Assembly (NCBI GenBank): GCA_965215365.1
Contig: CBDCDS010000003.1
Span: 64,001-128,000, forward strand
Length of the DNA: 64,000 bases
Origin: Gammaproteobacteria bacterium
GTDB taxonomy: Bacteria > Pseudomonadota > Gammaproteobacteria > Eutrophobiales > Eutrophobiaceae
Reading direction: 5' to 3'
Shown here: piece by piece, positions 20,634 through 31,644 of the stretch
Layout: every line of letters starts with the position of its first letter
Numbering within the stretch: position 1 is the first letter of the stretch
The notes under the pieces: generated by a model
Database searches by the model: none
What the model was told of the DNA's origin: nothing
What the model saw: only the letters and a program-made list of their open reading frames with translations
Program-made: the position numbers and the translations under genes

Positions 20634-21388
20634 TGCTGACAATTAAAAATTTACAGGTCAGGGTCGAAAGCAAGCAGATCCTCAAAGGGCTGAACCTGTC
20701 GGTCAACGCCGGCGAGGTACATGCCATCATGGGCCCCAACGGTTCGGGCAAGAGCACCCTAGCCGGCATCCTGGCCGGACGTAGCGGTTATGAGGTCACT
20801 GCCGGTTCCATTGAGTACGACGGGCGCGACCTGTTTGAGCTATCACCGGAAGCACGCGCCCGGGAAGGGATTTTCCTGGCCTTCCAGTATCCGGTGGAAA
20901 TTCCCGGCGTGAACAACATCTACCTGCTCAAGGCGGCGCTGAACGCGATCCGCGCGCACCGGGGCGAGGAACCCTTGGACGCAGTGGAGTTCCTGCAGGT
21001 GGTTAAGCAGAAAATGCAACTGGTGAAGATGGATGAGAGCCTGCTCAACCGCTCCGTGAACGAGGGCTTCTCCGGCGGTGAGAAAAAACGCAACGAGATT
21101 TTCCAGATGGCAGTGCTGGAACCGCGCCTGGCGGTTCTGGATGAAACTGATTCGGGCCTGGATATCGACGCCTTGAAAGTTGTTGCCGAGGGCGTTAATA
21201 CCCTGCATAGCGAGTCCCGCGCCATTGTGCTGGTCACCCACTATCAGCGCTTGCTGGACTATATCGTGCCCGATTATGTGCATGTGCTCTACGACGGCAG
21301 GATCATCAGGTCGGGCCCGCGCGAGTTGGCCCTGGAACTCGAAGAAAAAGGCTACGACTGGGTCAGGCAGGAGGCCAAGGCCGCATGA
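20633..21388 (+). CDS. sufC: Fe-S assembly ATPase SufC
   Basis: GPNGSGKST, LAFQYPVEIPGV, GFSGGEKKRNE. Confidence 0.97.
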   Translation: MLTIKNLQVRVESKQILKGLNLSVNAGEVHAIMGPNGSGKSTLAGILAGRSGYEVTAGSIEYDGRDLFELSPEARAREGIFLAFQYPVEIPGVNNIYLLKAALNAIRAHRGEEPLDAVEFLQVVKQKMQLVKMDESLLNRSVNEGFSGGEKKRNEIFQMAVLEPRLAVLDETDSGLDIDALKVVAEGVNTLHSESRAIVLVTHYQRLLDYIVPDYVHVLYDGRIIRSGPRELALELEEKGYDWVRQEAKAA

Positions 21389-22719
21389 GCGTAGCAGCCG
21401 TCAGTCACTATCTGCAGGAATACGAGCGCTTCCGGGCCTCCCGGTCGGTAGCGGCGGGCAGGCGCCAACGCACGCAGGCGCTGGAATTTCTGCAAACCCA
21501 CGGTTTCCCCACGCGCAGGATGGAGCAGTGGAAATACACCGACGTCACCCCTATTACCAGGAGAAAATTCACGCTTGGGGATGCCACGACCGCCAACCCG
21601 GAGGCCACGCGGGTGGACGACTGGCGCATCAGGCAACTCGATTGCTACGAACTGGTATTTATTAACGGCCACTTTTCCATGCAGTTGTCGCGCGTCCCGG
21701 CACTGCCTGCCGGCGCCACCGTGGGCGCGCTGCAAACGAATGCCGAGCACAACGCCGCCCTGGCGCAACGTTATTTTGGCGATGAGAACATAGAACAGGC
21801 ATTTACCGCCCTGAACACCGCATTTCTGCACGATGGCGTACTGGTGCACCTGTCGGCGGGCACAGAGCTTGCACACCCGCTGCATATCATCTATTTCAGT
21901 ACCGAAGGGTACAACGACGGCGCACCGCACATGTCACACCCTCGCAACCTGATTGTGCTGGAACGTCACGCCGCCGCCAGCATCATCGAAACCTACGCCG
22001 GCATCCCGGACGCGGAATATTTTACCAACACCCACACCAGCATCCGGGCGCAGGCCGGCGCCCGTCTGGACTACTACAAGATCCAGCAGGAAAGCCAGCG
22101 CGCCTACCATGTCGGCAATACTCGCATCCGGCAGGACGCCGACAGCCGGGTTGACTGCCATGCCCTGACCCTGGGCGCCAGGCTGGCGCGCTGGGACATC
22201 GATGTGGACCTGAACGAACCCGGCGCCGAGGTGATGCTCAACGGCTTGTACCTGGGCAATAACAGCCAGCACCTCGACAACCATACCGTGGTGCGGCACA
22301 AACAACCGCACACCACCAGCCGCGAACACTACCGGGGCATCATGGACGGGCGCGCCCGGGCCGTGTTCAACGGCAAGGTCATCGTGCATGAACAGGCGCA
22401 GAAAACCGAAGCGCACCAGTCCAATGCCAACCTGCTGCTGTCCGACGCGGCGGAGGTGGATACCAAGCCGGAGCTGGAGATCTACGCAGACGATGTGAAG
22501 TGCAGTCACGGCGCCACAGTGGGGCAACTGGATGAGAATATGCTGTTCTACCTGCGCTCCCGGGCCGTGAACGAAGACACGGCGCGCAGCCTGCTGACCT
22601 ATGCGTTCGCCGACGAGATCGTGCGCGACATCCGCTTCCCGGAAATACGCGCGCGGCTGGAACAAGGCATTGCCGGCGAGTTGCCCGATACCGACGTCAT
22701 CAAGGAGTTTATGCAATGA
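21385..22719 (+). CDS. sufD: Fe-S cluster assembly protein SufD
   Basis: EQWKYT, VFNGKV, KPELEIYADDVKCSHGAT. Confidence 0.96.
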   Translation: MSVAAVSHYLQEYERFRASRSVAAGRRQRTQALEFLQTHGFPTRRMEQWKYTDVTPITRRKFTLGDATTANPEATRVDDWRIRQLDCYELVFINGHFSMQLSRVPALPAGATVGALQTNAEHNAALAQRYFGDENIEQAFTALNTAFLHDGVLVHLSAGTELAHPLHIIYFSTEGYNDGAPHMSHPRNLIVLERHAAASIIETYAGIPDAEYFTNTHTSIRAQAGARLDYYKIQQESQRAYHVGNTRIRQDADSRVDCHALTLGARLARWDIDVDLNEPGAEVMLNGLYLGNNSQHLDNHTVVRHKQPHTTSREHYRGIMDGRARAVFNGKVIVHEQAQKTEAHQSNANLLLSDAAEVDTKPELEIYADDVKCSHGATVGQLDENMLFYLRSRAVNEDTARSLLTYAFADEIVRDIRFPEIRARLEQGIAGELPDTDVIKEFMQ

Positions 22720-23960
22720 CGACCGCGGCGCCGAACGGCGCAGCTTTCCCGGTGCAGCGCTATCGGGCAGACTTCCCGGTGCTGGCGCGGCGCGTGCATG
22801 ATAAGCCACTGGTCTATCTTGACAACGCCGCCACCGCACAAAAACCGCGCCAGGTCATGGAGACGCTGGATGAATACTACCGGGATTACAATGCCAACAT
22901 CCACCGCGGCGTGCATACCTTGAGCGAACAGGCGACGGCCGCCTACGAGGCGGCTCGCAAGAAGATACAGACCTTCATCAACGCTGCGTCCCACCAGGAA
23001 ATTATCTTCGTGCGCGGCGCCACGGAAGCCATCAATCTGGTTGCGCAAAGCTACGGCAGGAGCCGCCTCGGCGCCGGCGCTGAGATCATCGTCTCCGAGA
23101 TGGAGCACCATTCCAATATTGTCCCCTGGCAATTGCTGTGCGAGCAGACCGGCGCCACGCTGCAAGTCATCCCCATCAATGACGCCGGCGAACTCGACCT
23201 GGACGCATACAAAAATCTGCTCGGTGATAACACCCGCATCGTCGCCATCGGCCATATCTCCAATGCCTTAGGCAGCGTCAACCCGGTGACGGAGCTCACC
23301 GCCCTGGCGCATGCCGCGGGCGCGGTAGTACTGCTCGACGGTGCCCAGGCCGCGCCTCATACCAGCCTGGACATGGCCGCGCTGGATTGTGACTTCTACG
23401 CCTTCTCGGGTCATAAACTGTTCGGGCCTACGGGCATCGGCGTGCTGTACGGGAAACAGGCATTGCTGGAAGCCATGCCGCCCTACCACGGTGGCGGCGA
23501 CATGATCAAGATGGTCTCTTTCAAAAAAACTCTGTACAACGACCTGCCCTACAAGTTTGAAGCGGGCACGCCGTACATCGCCGGCGTCATCGGCCTGGGC
23601 GCGGCGGTGGACTACGTCAGCGCTATCGGCATGGACCGAATCCGGGCTTATGAAGACGAACTGCTGCGCTACGCCACTGCGGCGGCAGCCGCTATTCCGG
23701 GGCTGACCCTGATCGGCACGGCCGCGCACAAAGCCGGCATCCTGTCGTTCGTGCTGGACGGGATCCATCCCCACGACCTCGGCACCATCCTCGATCATGA
23801 CGGCATCGCCATCCGCGCCGGGCACCACTGCGCCATGCCGGTGATGGAGCGCTACCGCGTCCCCGCCACCGCCCGCGCCTCGTTTGCCTTTTACAATACC
23901 CGGGAGGAAGTGGACCAACTCATTGCCGGTATCGACAAAGCCAAAGCTATTTTCAACTAG
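22716..23960 (+). CDS. sufS: Cysteine desulfurase
   Basis: YLDNAATAQKP, SGHKLFGP, RAGHHCA. Confidence 0.96.
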   Translation: MTTAAPNGAAFPVQRYRADFPVLARRVHDKPLVYLDNAATAQKPRQVMETLDEYYRDYNANIHRGVHTLSEQATAAYEAARKKIQTFINAASHQEIIFVRGATEAINLVAQSYGRSRLGAGAEIIVSEMEHHSNIVPWQLLCEQTGATLQVIPINDAGELDLDAYKNLLGDNTRIVAIGHISNALGSVNPVTELTALAHAAGAVVLLDGAQAAPHTSLDMAALDCDFYAFSGHKLFGPTGIGVLYGKQALLEAMPPYHGGGDMIKMVSFKKTLYNDLPYKFEAGTPYIAGVIGLGAAVDYVSAIGMDRIRAYEDELLRYATAAAAAIPGLTLIGTAAHKAGILSFVLDGIHPHDLGTILDHDGIAIRAGHHCAMPVMERYRVPATARASFAFYNTREEVDQLIAGIDKAKAIFN

Positions 23961-23971
23961 TACCGACGCTC

Positions 23972-24421
23972 ATGTTTGATGTCAAAGATTTATACCAGGA
24001 AGTGATCGTCGATCACAATCGCAACCCCAGGAATTTCGGCAAGCTGGACCCGGCTGACAAAACCCTGGAGGGCTTCAACCCGCTCTGCGGCGACCGCCTG
24101 ACACTATACCTGAACATGGATGGAGAGCGCATCTCCGAGGTCGGTTTTGATGGCCACGGCTGCGCCATCTCCATGGCCTCGGCCTCGCTGATGACAGAGG
24201 GCGTCAAGGGTAAATCGATGTCGGAAGCCGAGGCCATTTTCAACAATTTTCACAAGCTGTTGACCGACAGTTCCGCGGCGCTGGAGCTGGAGCGGATGGG
24301 CAAACTGGCGGTCCTGGCAGGGGTGCGCGATTACCCCAGCCGGGTGAAATGCGCGACCTTGTGTTGGCACACCTTGAAAGCCCTGCTCGACGGCGCCGGC
24401 GAACCCGTATCCACGGAATAA
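23972..24421 (+). CDS. sufU: SUF-system NifU-family protein
   Basis: NPLCGD, GCAISMASAS, RVKCATL. Confidence 0.93.
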   Translation: MFDVKDLYQEVIVDHNRNPRNFGKLDPADKTLEGFNPLCGDRLTLYLNMDGERISEVGFDGHGCAISMASASLMTEGVKGKSMSEAEAIFNNFHKLLTDSSAALELERMGKLAVLAGVRDYPSRVKCATLCWHTLKALLDGAGEPVSTE

Positions 24422-24437
24422 GGCCGACGCAGCAGCC

Positions 24438-24989
24438 ATGTACACCAACGACCCGGTTACCGTATTGCGCGAGTGCGATGCCATACTCATTCCCACGGGC
24501 ATGCCCATCACCCTGCCCGAGGGCAGTCTGGTGTTCATTACCCAGGCGCTGGGGGGCAACTACACGGTAAACATCAACGGCAATCTGGCCCAGGTCGGGC
24601 CCAAGGACGCCGACGCTTTGGGATTCGACCCTGCCGACTATCTCAATCTGGACTTAGAACCCAACGCCGATGGCTCTGTGAATGAAGAACATGTATGGGA
24701 ACAGATGCGTACCTGTTACGACCCGGAGATCCCGATCAACATCGTCGAACTCGGCCTGGTGTATGACTGTCGCATCACTCGCACGGATCACGACGAAAAC
24801 CAGGTGGAGGTGCTGATGACCCTGACCGCGCCGGCTTGCGGCATGGGCGATTTCCTGGCCGCCGATGTGCAGAGCAAGGTTGCCATGGCCCCCAACGTTG
24901 ACCAGGTCAAGGTCGAACTGACCTTCGACCCCCCCTGGAGCCCGGAGCTGATGAGTGACGCGGCGCGGCTGGAAACCGGCTTGATGTAA
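24438..24989 (+). CDS. sufT: Fe-S assembly protein SufT (DUF59)
   Basis: ITQALGG, CYDPEIPINIVELGLVY, MTLTAPACGMG. Confidence 0.92.
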   Translation: MYTNDPVTVLRECDAILIPTGMPITLPEGSLVFITQALGGNYTVNINGNLAQVGPKDADALGFDPADYLNLDLEPNADGSVNEEHVWEQMRTCYDPEIPINIVELGLVYDCRITRTDHDENQVEVLMTLTAPACGMGDFLAADVQSKVAMAPNVDQVKVELTFDPPWSPELMSDAARLETGLM

Positions 24990-25044
24990 CGCAACCGCTA
25001 CCTTGCTGTGCTATACTCGTCGCGGTTAAATCGGAGGTAAGGCA

Positions 25045-25227
25045 ATGAAAGATCAAAATGAAACAAAGCTTGGCACTGGAACGCTCGAAGAACAGAGACA
25101 AGAATTTTTGGATCGTATAAATCACCACCTTTCGGATGATTTGAAGCAATCCATCGATATCGCCTTTAAGTTATCAAAAAAGGAAATTCCCGCTCCAAAC
25201 CTGACATTTACAAATGGCAGAGCGTAA
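25045..25227 (+). CDS. Small hypothetical protein upstream of the methyltransferase
   Basis: GGAGG RBS; 60 aa; 9 bp before the MTase. Confidence 0.5.
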   Translation: MKDQNETKLGTGTLEEQRQEFLDRINHHLSDDLKQSIDIAFKLSKKEIPAPNLTFTNGRA

Positions 25228-25236
25228 TTAAAAGTC

Positions 25237-26106
25237 ATGAGTTCCTCACAGAACTTTATGTTGAACTCGCTGCCTCGATCAAATTTAAGCAATTCTCCTT
25301 TCAGGTATCCGGGCGGGAAGTTCTACGCGCGCAAAATTATATTGAATGAAATACCGGAACATAACTTCTATTGCGAACCCTTTGCCGGTGGCGCAAGTAT
25401 CTTTTTTGCAAAAAAGTGTGGATGTCCTGCATGGCTGAATGATTTGGATGACGACGTAATCAATACATTTATCCAGATTAGAGACAGAGTTGAGGATTTA
25501 ATCAGTCATTTAACAGACTTAAACGCAACAAAGGATAACCATAGCTATTACAAAAATATCTACCAGCCTGCTAACGAAATACAACGCGCCTTTCGCTGGT
25601 ATTATCTGAATAGGACCTCCTACTCAGGGATTATGAAGCCAGAGAACTGCTATTGGGGATATGGTGAAAAGTACTCAATGAAACCCGAAAACTGGCCCCC
25701 ACACTTGCGGACTGTATCGGACAAGCTGCAAGGGGTAACACTCACGTCTTGGGACTTCGAGCGCGTTATTGACAGACTGCCTGATGATGCTTTCGCTTTT
25801 ATTGACCCCCCATACTACAACGCGGATCAGAAAAAATTTTATAACTGCAGTTTTGATATTGAAGACCATTTACGATTGAAAAATTGTATTCATAGAAACT
25901 CTGAGAGAGTTAAATTCCTGCTGACTTATGACGATCACTCAGATATACATAAATTTTACAGTTGGGCTGAATCAAGGGAAGCAAAGCAGTGGAACTACAC
26001 AATTAACAGGACGGATGATCAAAAAAGCGGGATGAAACTGGTTAATGGACACAAGGGAACACGGGGACTTGGCAGCGAACTTTTTATAAGAAATTATCAT
26101 GCCTGA
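25237..26106 (+). CDS. Dam-like (alpha-class) adenine DNA methyltransferase
   Basis: RYPGGK, EPFAGG, LND, DPPY. Confidence 0.92.
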   Translation: MSSSQNFMLNSLPRSNLSNSPFRYPGGKFYARKIILNEIPEHNFYCEPFAGGASIFFAKKCGCPAWLNDLDDDVINTFIQIRDRVEDLISHLTDLNATKDNHSYYKNIYQPANEIQRAFRWYYLNRTSYSGIMKPENCYWGYGEKYSMKPENWPPHLRTVSDKLQGVTLTSWDFERVIDRLPDDAFAFIDPPYYNADQKKFYNCSFDIEDHLRLKNCIHRNSERVKFLLTYDDHSDIHKFYSWAESREAKQWNYTINRTDDQKSGMKLVNGHKGTRGLGSELFIRNYHA

Positions 26107-26818
26107 ATTGTCCGAAGAAGCACTTCGCGTATACAACAGCATCACGGAGTACTGCGAAACCTATAACATCCCCAAGGAACATTTGTTGGATATTCTTGAA
26201 GATCAGAAGGTCATTCCCATGATACGCGGCAAAGCAACAGAATATATTGGAGCGCTGGTATTGAGACGTACACTTGATTCAAGGGATTGGCTTGTTGAAA
26301 AGCTGAACCTTAATCCGCAGCCTGGCATATACGATGAGGACATCAGCGTAACATTCAAGCGTACTGGAAAGCGATTAAAAGCAGAAACCAAGTCAGCAGT
26401 GCGCGGATCTTTCCGGGTCAGAACCAAAAAAACGCCACAGCCGCATTTCAAAGTTAAATCACATAAGTCAAGAAGCCATCTGACGAAGGAAACAAATGAC
26501 AGGTATTTTGTCGATGACTTTGACATCATGATCAGCAATGTTTCCAACGCCATATTTCGAGGCAAATCTCTGGACCGGGGGTTGCCGTTAATTGAGGATG
26601 AAAAAATGGTTAAATGGCTTAAAGAGCATTATGGAGTTGGTACTGACTGTGAAGTGCGGCGCTGCGCCTATGATGACTGGCGAATTTGTTTACCGAAATC
26701 CATAGCCTGTGATGACGGCACCATCCCAAGAACACCAATCGTCCTCATGCAAAATGATCCCAACTGGTTCGGGATGGATGAACTGGCGGACAGGCTCAGG
26801 TCATTGATAACCGGATGA
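26099..26818 (+). CDS. Putative type II restriction endonuclease
   Basis: Overlaps the MTase; D...ETK catalytic-like pattern (DEDISV...AETK); AT-rich cassette. Confidence 0.7.
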   Translation: MPELSEEALRVYNSITEYCETYNIPKEHLLDILEDQKVIPMIRGKATEYIGALVLRRTLDSRDWLVEKLNLNPQPGIYDEDISVTFKRTGKRLKAETKSAVRGSFRVRTKKTPQPHFKVKSHKSRSHLTKETNDRYFVDDFDIMISNVSNAIFRGKSLDRGLPLIEDEKMVKWLKEHYGVGTDCEVRRCAYDDWRICLPKSIACDDGTIPRTPIVLMQNDPNWFGMDELADRLRSLITG

Positions 26819-26842
26819 GTTCAAAACCATATTAATATAAAG

Positions 26843-27283
26843 ATGTCTATCGAACAAACCTTGTCTATTATTAAACCCGATGCGGTAGCCGGGAACCTTA
26901 TTGGCGCGATCTACCAGCGTTTTGAGAACGCCGGATTGAAAATCGTTGCAGCCAAAATGCTGCATCTCGACGCCGCGCGCGCCGCGGAATTTTACGCAGT
27001 GCACCAGGAGCGGCCGTTCTTTCGGGAACTGGTGGACTTCATGGTGTCCGGCCCCATCATGGTGCAGGTGCTGGAAGGTGAAGACGCCATTGCCAAAAAC
27101 CGCGCCCTGATGGGAGCAACGTTTCCCAAAGACGCCGAACCCGGCACTGTGCGCGCGGACTTCTGCGCTGGCGACGGCGATCAGGGCGAGAATGCGGTGC
27201 ATGGCTCGGACGGGCCGGATACTGCGCAGCATGAAATCCGGTTCTTTTTCCAGGCCGAGGAAATCTGCCCGCGCACCCGCTGA
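26843..27283 (+). CDS. ndk: Nucleoside diphosphate kinase
   Basis: [16 protein letters not shown]. Confidence 0.97.
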   Translation: MSIEQTLSIIKPDAVAGNLIGAIYQRFENAGLKIVAAKMLHLDAARAAEFYAVHQERPFFRELVDFMVSGPIMVQVLEGEDAIAKNRALMGATFPKDAEPGTVRADFCAGDGDQGENAVHGSDGPDTAQHEIRFFFQAEEICPRTR

Positions 27284-27303
27284 ACATGGCAATATCGGGT
27301 TGA

Positions 27304-28404
27304 ATGAGGGCTAGCGTGGCAAGCGTACCGGGTATCAACCTGTTTAACCTCAATCAGGCCGCCATGCGGGATTATTTCACTGGCATGGAGGAACAGGCAT
27401 TTCGCGCAGCGCAGGTGATGAAGTGGGTCTATCACCAGGGGGTGACCGACTTCTCTGATATGACCAACCTGAGCAAAGCCCTGCGCGCGCGCCTTACCGA
27501 TACCGCTTATTCGGCCCTGCCGCACATCCTCTCCGAGCAGGTGTCGGCGGACGGCACGCGTAAATGGCTGCTGCAGGTGGACGGCAACAATGCCATAGAG
27601 ACGGTGTTCATCCCGGAAACCAGCCGTGGCACCTTGTGCATCTCATCGCAGGCAGGTTGCGCGCTGAATTGCACCTTCTGCGCCACCGGCAAACAGGGGT
27701 ATAACCGTAATCTCAGCGTGGCGGAAATTATCGGTCAGGTGTGGCTGGCCAACCAACAACTGGGGCATTTCCCCGGGCGCAAGCGTATCATCACCAATAT
27801 TGTGCTAATGGGTATGGGCGAGCCGTTGCTTAATTTTGACAACGTCGTCAACGCACTAGAACTGATCACCGACGACCTCGGCTTTGGCCTGGCCAATAAG
27901 CGCGTCACGCTGAGCACCGCCGGCATTGTGCCGGGCATTATCAAACTGTCCCGGCGCAGCCGCATCAGTCTGGCGGTATCATTGCATGCGGCCAATGACA
28001 AGCTCCGCGACCAACTGGTTCCCATCAACCGCTGCTACCCGCTCAAGCAACTGCTGGCCGCTTGCCGCCGCTACAGCGAAGCCACGGGCGGGGAGCCGGT
28101 CACGTTCGAATATGTCCTGCTGCGCGGTGTCAACGATGCCGTTGCGGACGCCCGGCAGTTGACGCGCGTGTTGCAAGGATTGCCGGCCAAGGTCAACCTC
28201 CTTATTTTTAATCCGTTCCCCGGTGCCGCGTTTGCGCGCGCCAGTATGGAGACCACAGACAGGTTTCGGGATATTCTGGTACAATCCGGGATCATTACCA
28301 TTACCCGTAAAACCCGCGGTGACGATATTGATGCAGCATGTGGTCAACTGGTCGGGCGCGTACAGGCACGCGCCCGCAACAGGCAACAGCGTCATGCGGG
28401 CTAA
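27304..28404 (+). CDS. rlmN: Dual-specificity rRNA/tRNA methyltransferase
   Basis: [34 protein letters not shown]. Confidence 0.97.
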   Translation: MRASVASVPGINLFNLNQAAMRDYFTGMEEQAFRAAQVMKWVYHQGVTDFSDMTNLSKALRARLTDTAYSALPHILSEQVSADGTRKWLLQVDGNNAIETVFIPETSRGTLCISSQAGCALNCTFCATGKQGYNRNLSVAEIIGQVWLANQQLGHFPGRKRIITNIVLMGMGEPLLNFDNVVNALELITDDLGFGLANKRVTLSTAGIVPGIIKLSRRSRISLAVSLHAANDKLRDQLVPINRCYPLKQLLAACRRYSEATGGEPVTFEYVLLRGVNDAVADARQLTRVLQGLPAKVNLLIFNPFPGAAFARASMETTDRFRDILVQSGIITITRKTRGDDIDAACGQLVGRVQARARNRQQRHAG

Positions 28405-28457
28405 TACTCTTTGGTCCCGCTGAATATGGCAATATCAGAGTGAAAGAGCGCCAACCC

Positions 28458-29408
28458 ATGTCAGATCAAAAAGATACGGAATCAGGGCCTTCCCCCGGCG
28501 CCTTGCTCAGGAGCCTGCGTGAAAAACAAGGACTGTCCATTGCCGACGTGTCAGCACGGATCTACCTGCAAAAAAGCATTATCGAGGCCCTGGAGCAGGA
28601 TGATTATGACAACCTGCCCATCCAGGCCTATATTTACGGCTACTTGCAGAGTTATGCCAAATTTTTGAATGTGCCGCCTGAGCAAGTTCTGTCCCTGTAC
28701 AAGCAGGAAGCCGTGTATGAACAGCCGGAACAACTGCCCGAGGCGCCGGTTGTGCCACCACCGGTAAAGCAGGAGGCAAACTGGTGGTTGCGCGTAATGA
28801 TTTACCTGTTCCTGTTCGTGCTGGTGTTGGGGTCATTGGCCCTGTGGTACAAGCGCGACCTGCTGTTGCCCCTGCAGCCGGAACTCCAATCTGAACTTCA
28901 ACCTGAGTTGCCACCCGAGCCAGCTCCCGGACCGCCTCCGGTCTCAGGCGAATTGGACTACCCCATCACCATTGTCGAACACCCGCAAGACCCGTTCTTC
29001 CGGGCGCCGAACACGGAAAATGCAGAGTCAGAACCGGCGGATGTCGTGGGGCCGCTTGTGCCCCGGCAACGGACGCCGGCGACGAGTGCGGATGAACAGA
29101 ACGAGAATATACTTGGCCCCGGTTCGTTGGCAGTATCAACGATAACCACCGGCAACGGTCCGGACCGGGTCACAATGGTGGTGAGCGTCGATTGCTGGAT
29201 CGAGGTTTTCGATGCCGACAATGAAAAAGTATATTACGATCTGGCGCGCGCCGGTCAAACACTGCAATTAAACGGTGTCGCGCCATTCTCCGTCCTGCTT
29301 GGCAATGCGAACGCGGCGACCATTGCGTTCAATAACGAGCCGTTCGACTTCAGCTCGTACATAACAGGCATCGGTATCGCCCGCTTCGTGCTGGGTGAAG
29401 AGCAATAG
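28458..29408 (+). CDS. rodZ: Cytoskeleton protein RodZ
   Basis: N-terminal HTH (IEALEQDDY...GYLQSYA), one transmembrane helix, C-terminal DCWIEV...LGNA domain; conserved position. Confidence 0.85.
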   Translation: MSDQKDTESGPSPGALLRSLREKQGLSIADVSARIYLQKSIIEALEQDDYDNLPIQAYIYGYLQSYAKFLNVPPEQVLSLYKQEAVYEQPEQLPEAPVVPPPVKQEANWWLRVMIYLFLFVLVLGSLALWYKRDLLLPLQPELQSELQPELPPEPAPGPPPVSGELDYPITIVEHPQDPFFRAPNTENAESEPADVVGPLVPRQRTPATSADEQNENILGPGSLAVSTITTGNGPDRVTMVVSVDCWIEVFDADNEKVYYDLARAGQTLQLNGVAPFSVLLGNANAATIAFNNEPFDFSSYITGIGIARFVLGEEQ

Positions 29409-29427
29409 TCCTCGGGTTAACCTCCTC

Positions 29428-30741
29428 ATGGAGAAGCTGCAAGCCGTCCGGGGGATGCACGATACACTGCCCGGCGAGACCCCCAGATGGCAGTTGCTTG
29501 AGCACGCGCTGCAAGCCGTCCTGCACTCATACTGCTACCGGGAAATCCGCCTGCCCATCATTGAAAAAACCGAGTTGTTTGCTCGCAGCATCGGCGCCGG
29601 CACCGACATCGTAAACAAGGAAATGTACACCTTTCAGGATCGTAACGACGAGTTGCTGACCTTGCGCCCGGAAGGCACCGCTGGCTGCGTGCGCGCGCTG
29701 CTGCAACATGGGTTGATTTACGCCGGGCCACAAAGAGTCTGGTACCAGGGCCCCATGTTTCGCCACGAACGGCCGCAGCAGGGACGGCAACGACAGTTCT
29801 ACCAGGTCGGCGCCGAAGCCTTCGGCATGGAAGGCGCCGGGATTGATGCCGAACTCATACTAATCTGCGCCCGCATCTGGGGCGCGCTGGGCCTTGAGGG
29901 TGTCACCCTGCAACTGAATTCACTGGGTTCACAGCGCGCCCGGCACAGCTACCGCAAACTGTTAGTCGATTACCTGAGCGCGCATCGGGACGAGCTAGAC
30001 GAGGACAGCATCCGCCGTCTGGAAACCAACCCGTTGCGTATCCTCGACAGCAAAAATCCCGCCCTGCAGGACTTGCTCGAGGGCGCGCCGTCGCTGCTTG
30101 ACTCCATTGATACGGAGTCGGCCGAACATTTTGCGGTGTTGCGAGACCTGTTGGACGCCAACGGCGTGGAGTATAAAATTAACCCGCGCCTGGTACGCGG
30201 GCTGGATTACTACAACCGCACGGTGTTTGAATGGACTACCGACCGGCTGGGCGCGCAGGGTGCTATATGCGCCGGCGGGCGCTACGATGATCTGGTCGCC
30301 CAAATAGGCGGCCGAGCCACCCCGGCGGCAGGCTTTGCCATGGGGCTGGAACGCATCCTGGCGTTGCTGGAGTGCAACGCAGCAGCAACAGTGGCCGGCG
30401 CGCCCCGGTTTTATCAGGTCATGGTAGGCGCAGACGCCGTCAAGCGCGGGTTCCGGCTGGCAGAACGCCTGCGCGCTGACATCCCGGGCCTGCCGCTGCT
30501 GCTGCACTGCGGTGGCGGCAGCTTCAAGAGCCAGTTCAAAAAAGCAGACAAATCCGGCGCCGAGTACGCACTTATCCTGGGCGCCGACGAAGTGGCAAGC
30601 AACACCGTGCTGATCAAGCCGTTACGCACGGATGCGGAACAATACAAGGTCACCCAGGAGCAGCTGGCAGCGGAGATAAGCCGGCTGTTGCAGGTAACTA
30701 CTCACCCCCCGCCTATGATGGACATCACCCAGCGAATATAA
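29428..30741 (+). CDS. hisS: Histidine-tRNA ligase
   Basis: RGMHD, LRPEGTA, FRHERPQ, VRGLDYY, GGRYD. Confidence 0.97.
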   Translation: MEKLQAVRGMHDTLPGETPRWQLLEHALQAVLHSYCYREIRLPIIEKTELFARSIGAGTDIVNKEMYTFQDRNDELLTLRPEGTAGCVRALLQHGLIYAGPQRVWYQGPMFRHERPQQGRQRQFYQVGAEAFGMEGAGIDAELILICARIWGALGLEGVTLQLNSLGSQRARHSYRKLLVDYLSAHRDELDEDSIRRLETNPLRILDSKNPALQDLLEGAPSLLDSIDTESAEHFAVLRDLLDANGVEYKINPRLVRGLDYYNRTVFEWTTDRLGAQGAICAGGRYDDLVAQIGGRATPAAGFAMGLERILALLECNAAATVAGAPRFYQVMVGADAVKRGFRLAERLRADIPGLPLLLHCGGGSFKSQFKKADKSGAEYALILGADEVASNTVLIKPLRTDAEQYKVTQEQLAAEISRLLQVTTHPPPMMDITQRI

Positions 30742-31367
30742 AACGGACCGAGGGCCATCAGCAGCACGGTCATCGTGACCATAACGCCGCCCAGCCGGAT
30801 GACAATTCTGTCTTGCAGCGTATCCATTTTGCTATGCAAAGCGCCTATCAGGTGCACCACTTCATCAATCCTGCCGTTGGTAGCCTGTATATCAGCCTTC
30901 AGCTCAGCGCGCAGCTTCTCCATAGCGATATTCGTCTCGGAAATTTTAGCCTCCAGGTCTGTCCTGAGTGCGGCGATCTGTGATTCCAAGTCTGCCCTGA
31001 GTGCGGCGATCTGTGATTCCAGGTCTGCCCTGAGTGCGGCGATCTGTGATTCCAGATCTGCCTTGGTTATGGCGATCTGTGATTCCAGATCTGCCTTGGT
31101 TATGGCGATCTGTGATTCTAGGTCTGTTCTGAGCTGGTTAACATCTTCTCTGCTTGCGCTGATCTGCAGCTGCAAATCCATCTTTGCTGATTGAAGATCC
31201 GTTTTAGTTGTGAGGGTGTCGCTCATCGCCTTGTGGACAGTGGTTACGATTGCCTCGGCTTGGGGTTCATCAAACCCGGTTGCTGTTAACTTTTTCGCTG
31301 CGGCCAGCGTGTCAAAGGTAACCATTACCGGGTTATCGGCGGCTCGCACTTCATTAGTAGCTTTCAT
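30702..31367 (-). CDS. CCDC90/DUF1640-like coiled-coil membrane protein with 11-residue repeats
   Basis: FDTL...[10 protein letters not shown] head, TKTDL neck, C-terminal transmembrane segment; AGGAG RBS. Confidence 0.85.
   Translation of the reverse strand: MKATNEVRAADNPVMVTFDTLAAAKKLTATGFDEPQAEAIVTTVHKAMSDTLTTKTDLQSAKMDLQLQISASREDVNQLRTDLESQIAITKADLESQIAITKADLESQIAALRADLESQIAALRADLESQIAALRTDLEAKISETNIAMEKLRAELKADIQATNGRIDEVVHLIGALHSKMDTLQDRIVIRLGGVMVTMTVLLMALGPFYIRWVMSIIGGG
30950..31127 (-). repeat. 33-bp coding tandem repeat, about 5 copies ([11 protein letters not shown] / [11 protein letters not shown])
   Basis: gcgatctgtgattc recurs every 33 bp. Confidence 0.92.
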
Positions 31368-31644
31368 TTGCTCTTCTCCTTAAAACTTAAGTGGAACATC
31401 GGGTCCTAGCAGCCATGTCATAAACCTGACTGGTTGTGACATGATGAAAGTATATCCTAACACAGGCAAATTGATATTTCAATGCATGTGTTACGAACAT
31501 GCATGCGCTTACACTTATGCACAGCTTACTTGACCCGCTGAATCGGTCAGAATTAAATGGAAAGATTGCCAACCACCGCTGTGCAAGCATGTTTTCGCAT
31601 GGCTGGCGACGGGGATGAGGGTTGGAAATCAGGACGGTGCGCCG

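Noticed and set aside
30950-31127. CRISPR or diversity-generating retroelement repeat
   Set aside because: Contiguous in-frame 33-bp coding repeats without spacers; no reverse transcriptase and no adenine-specific variation
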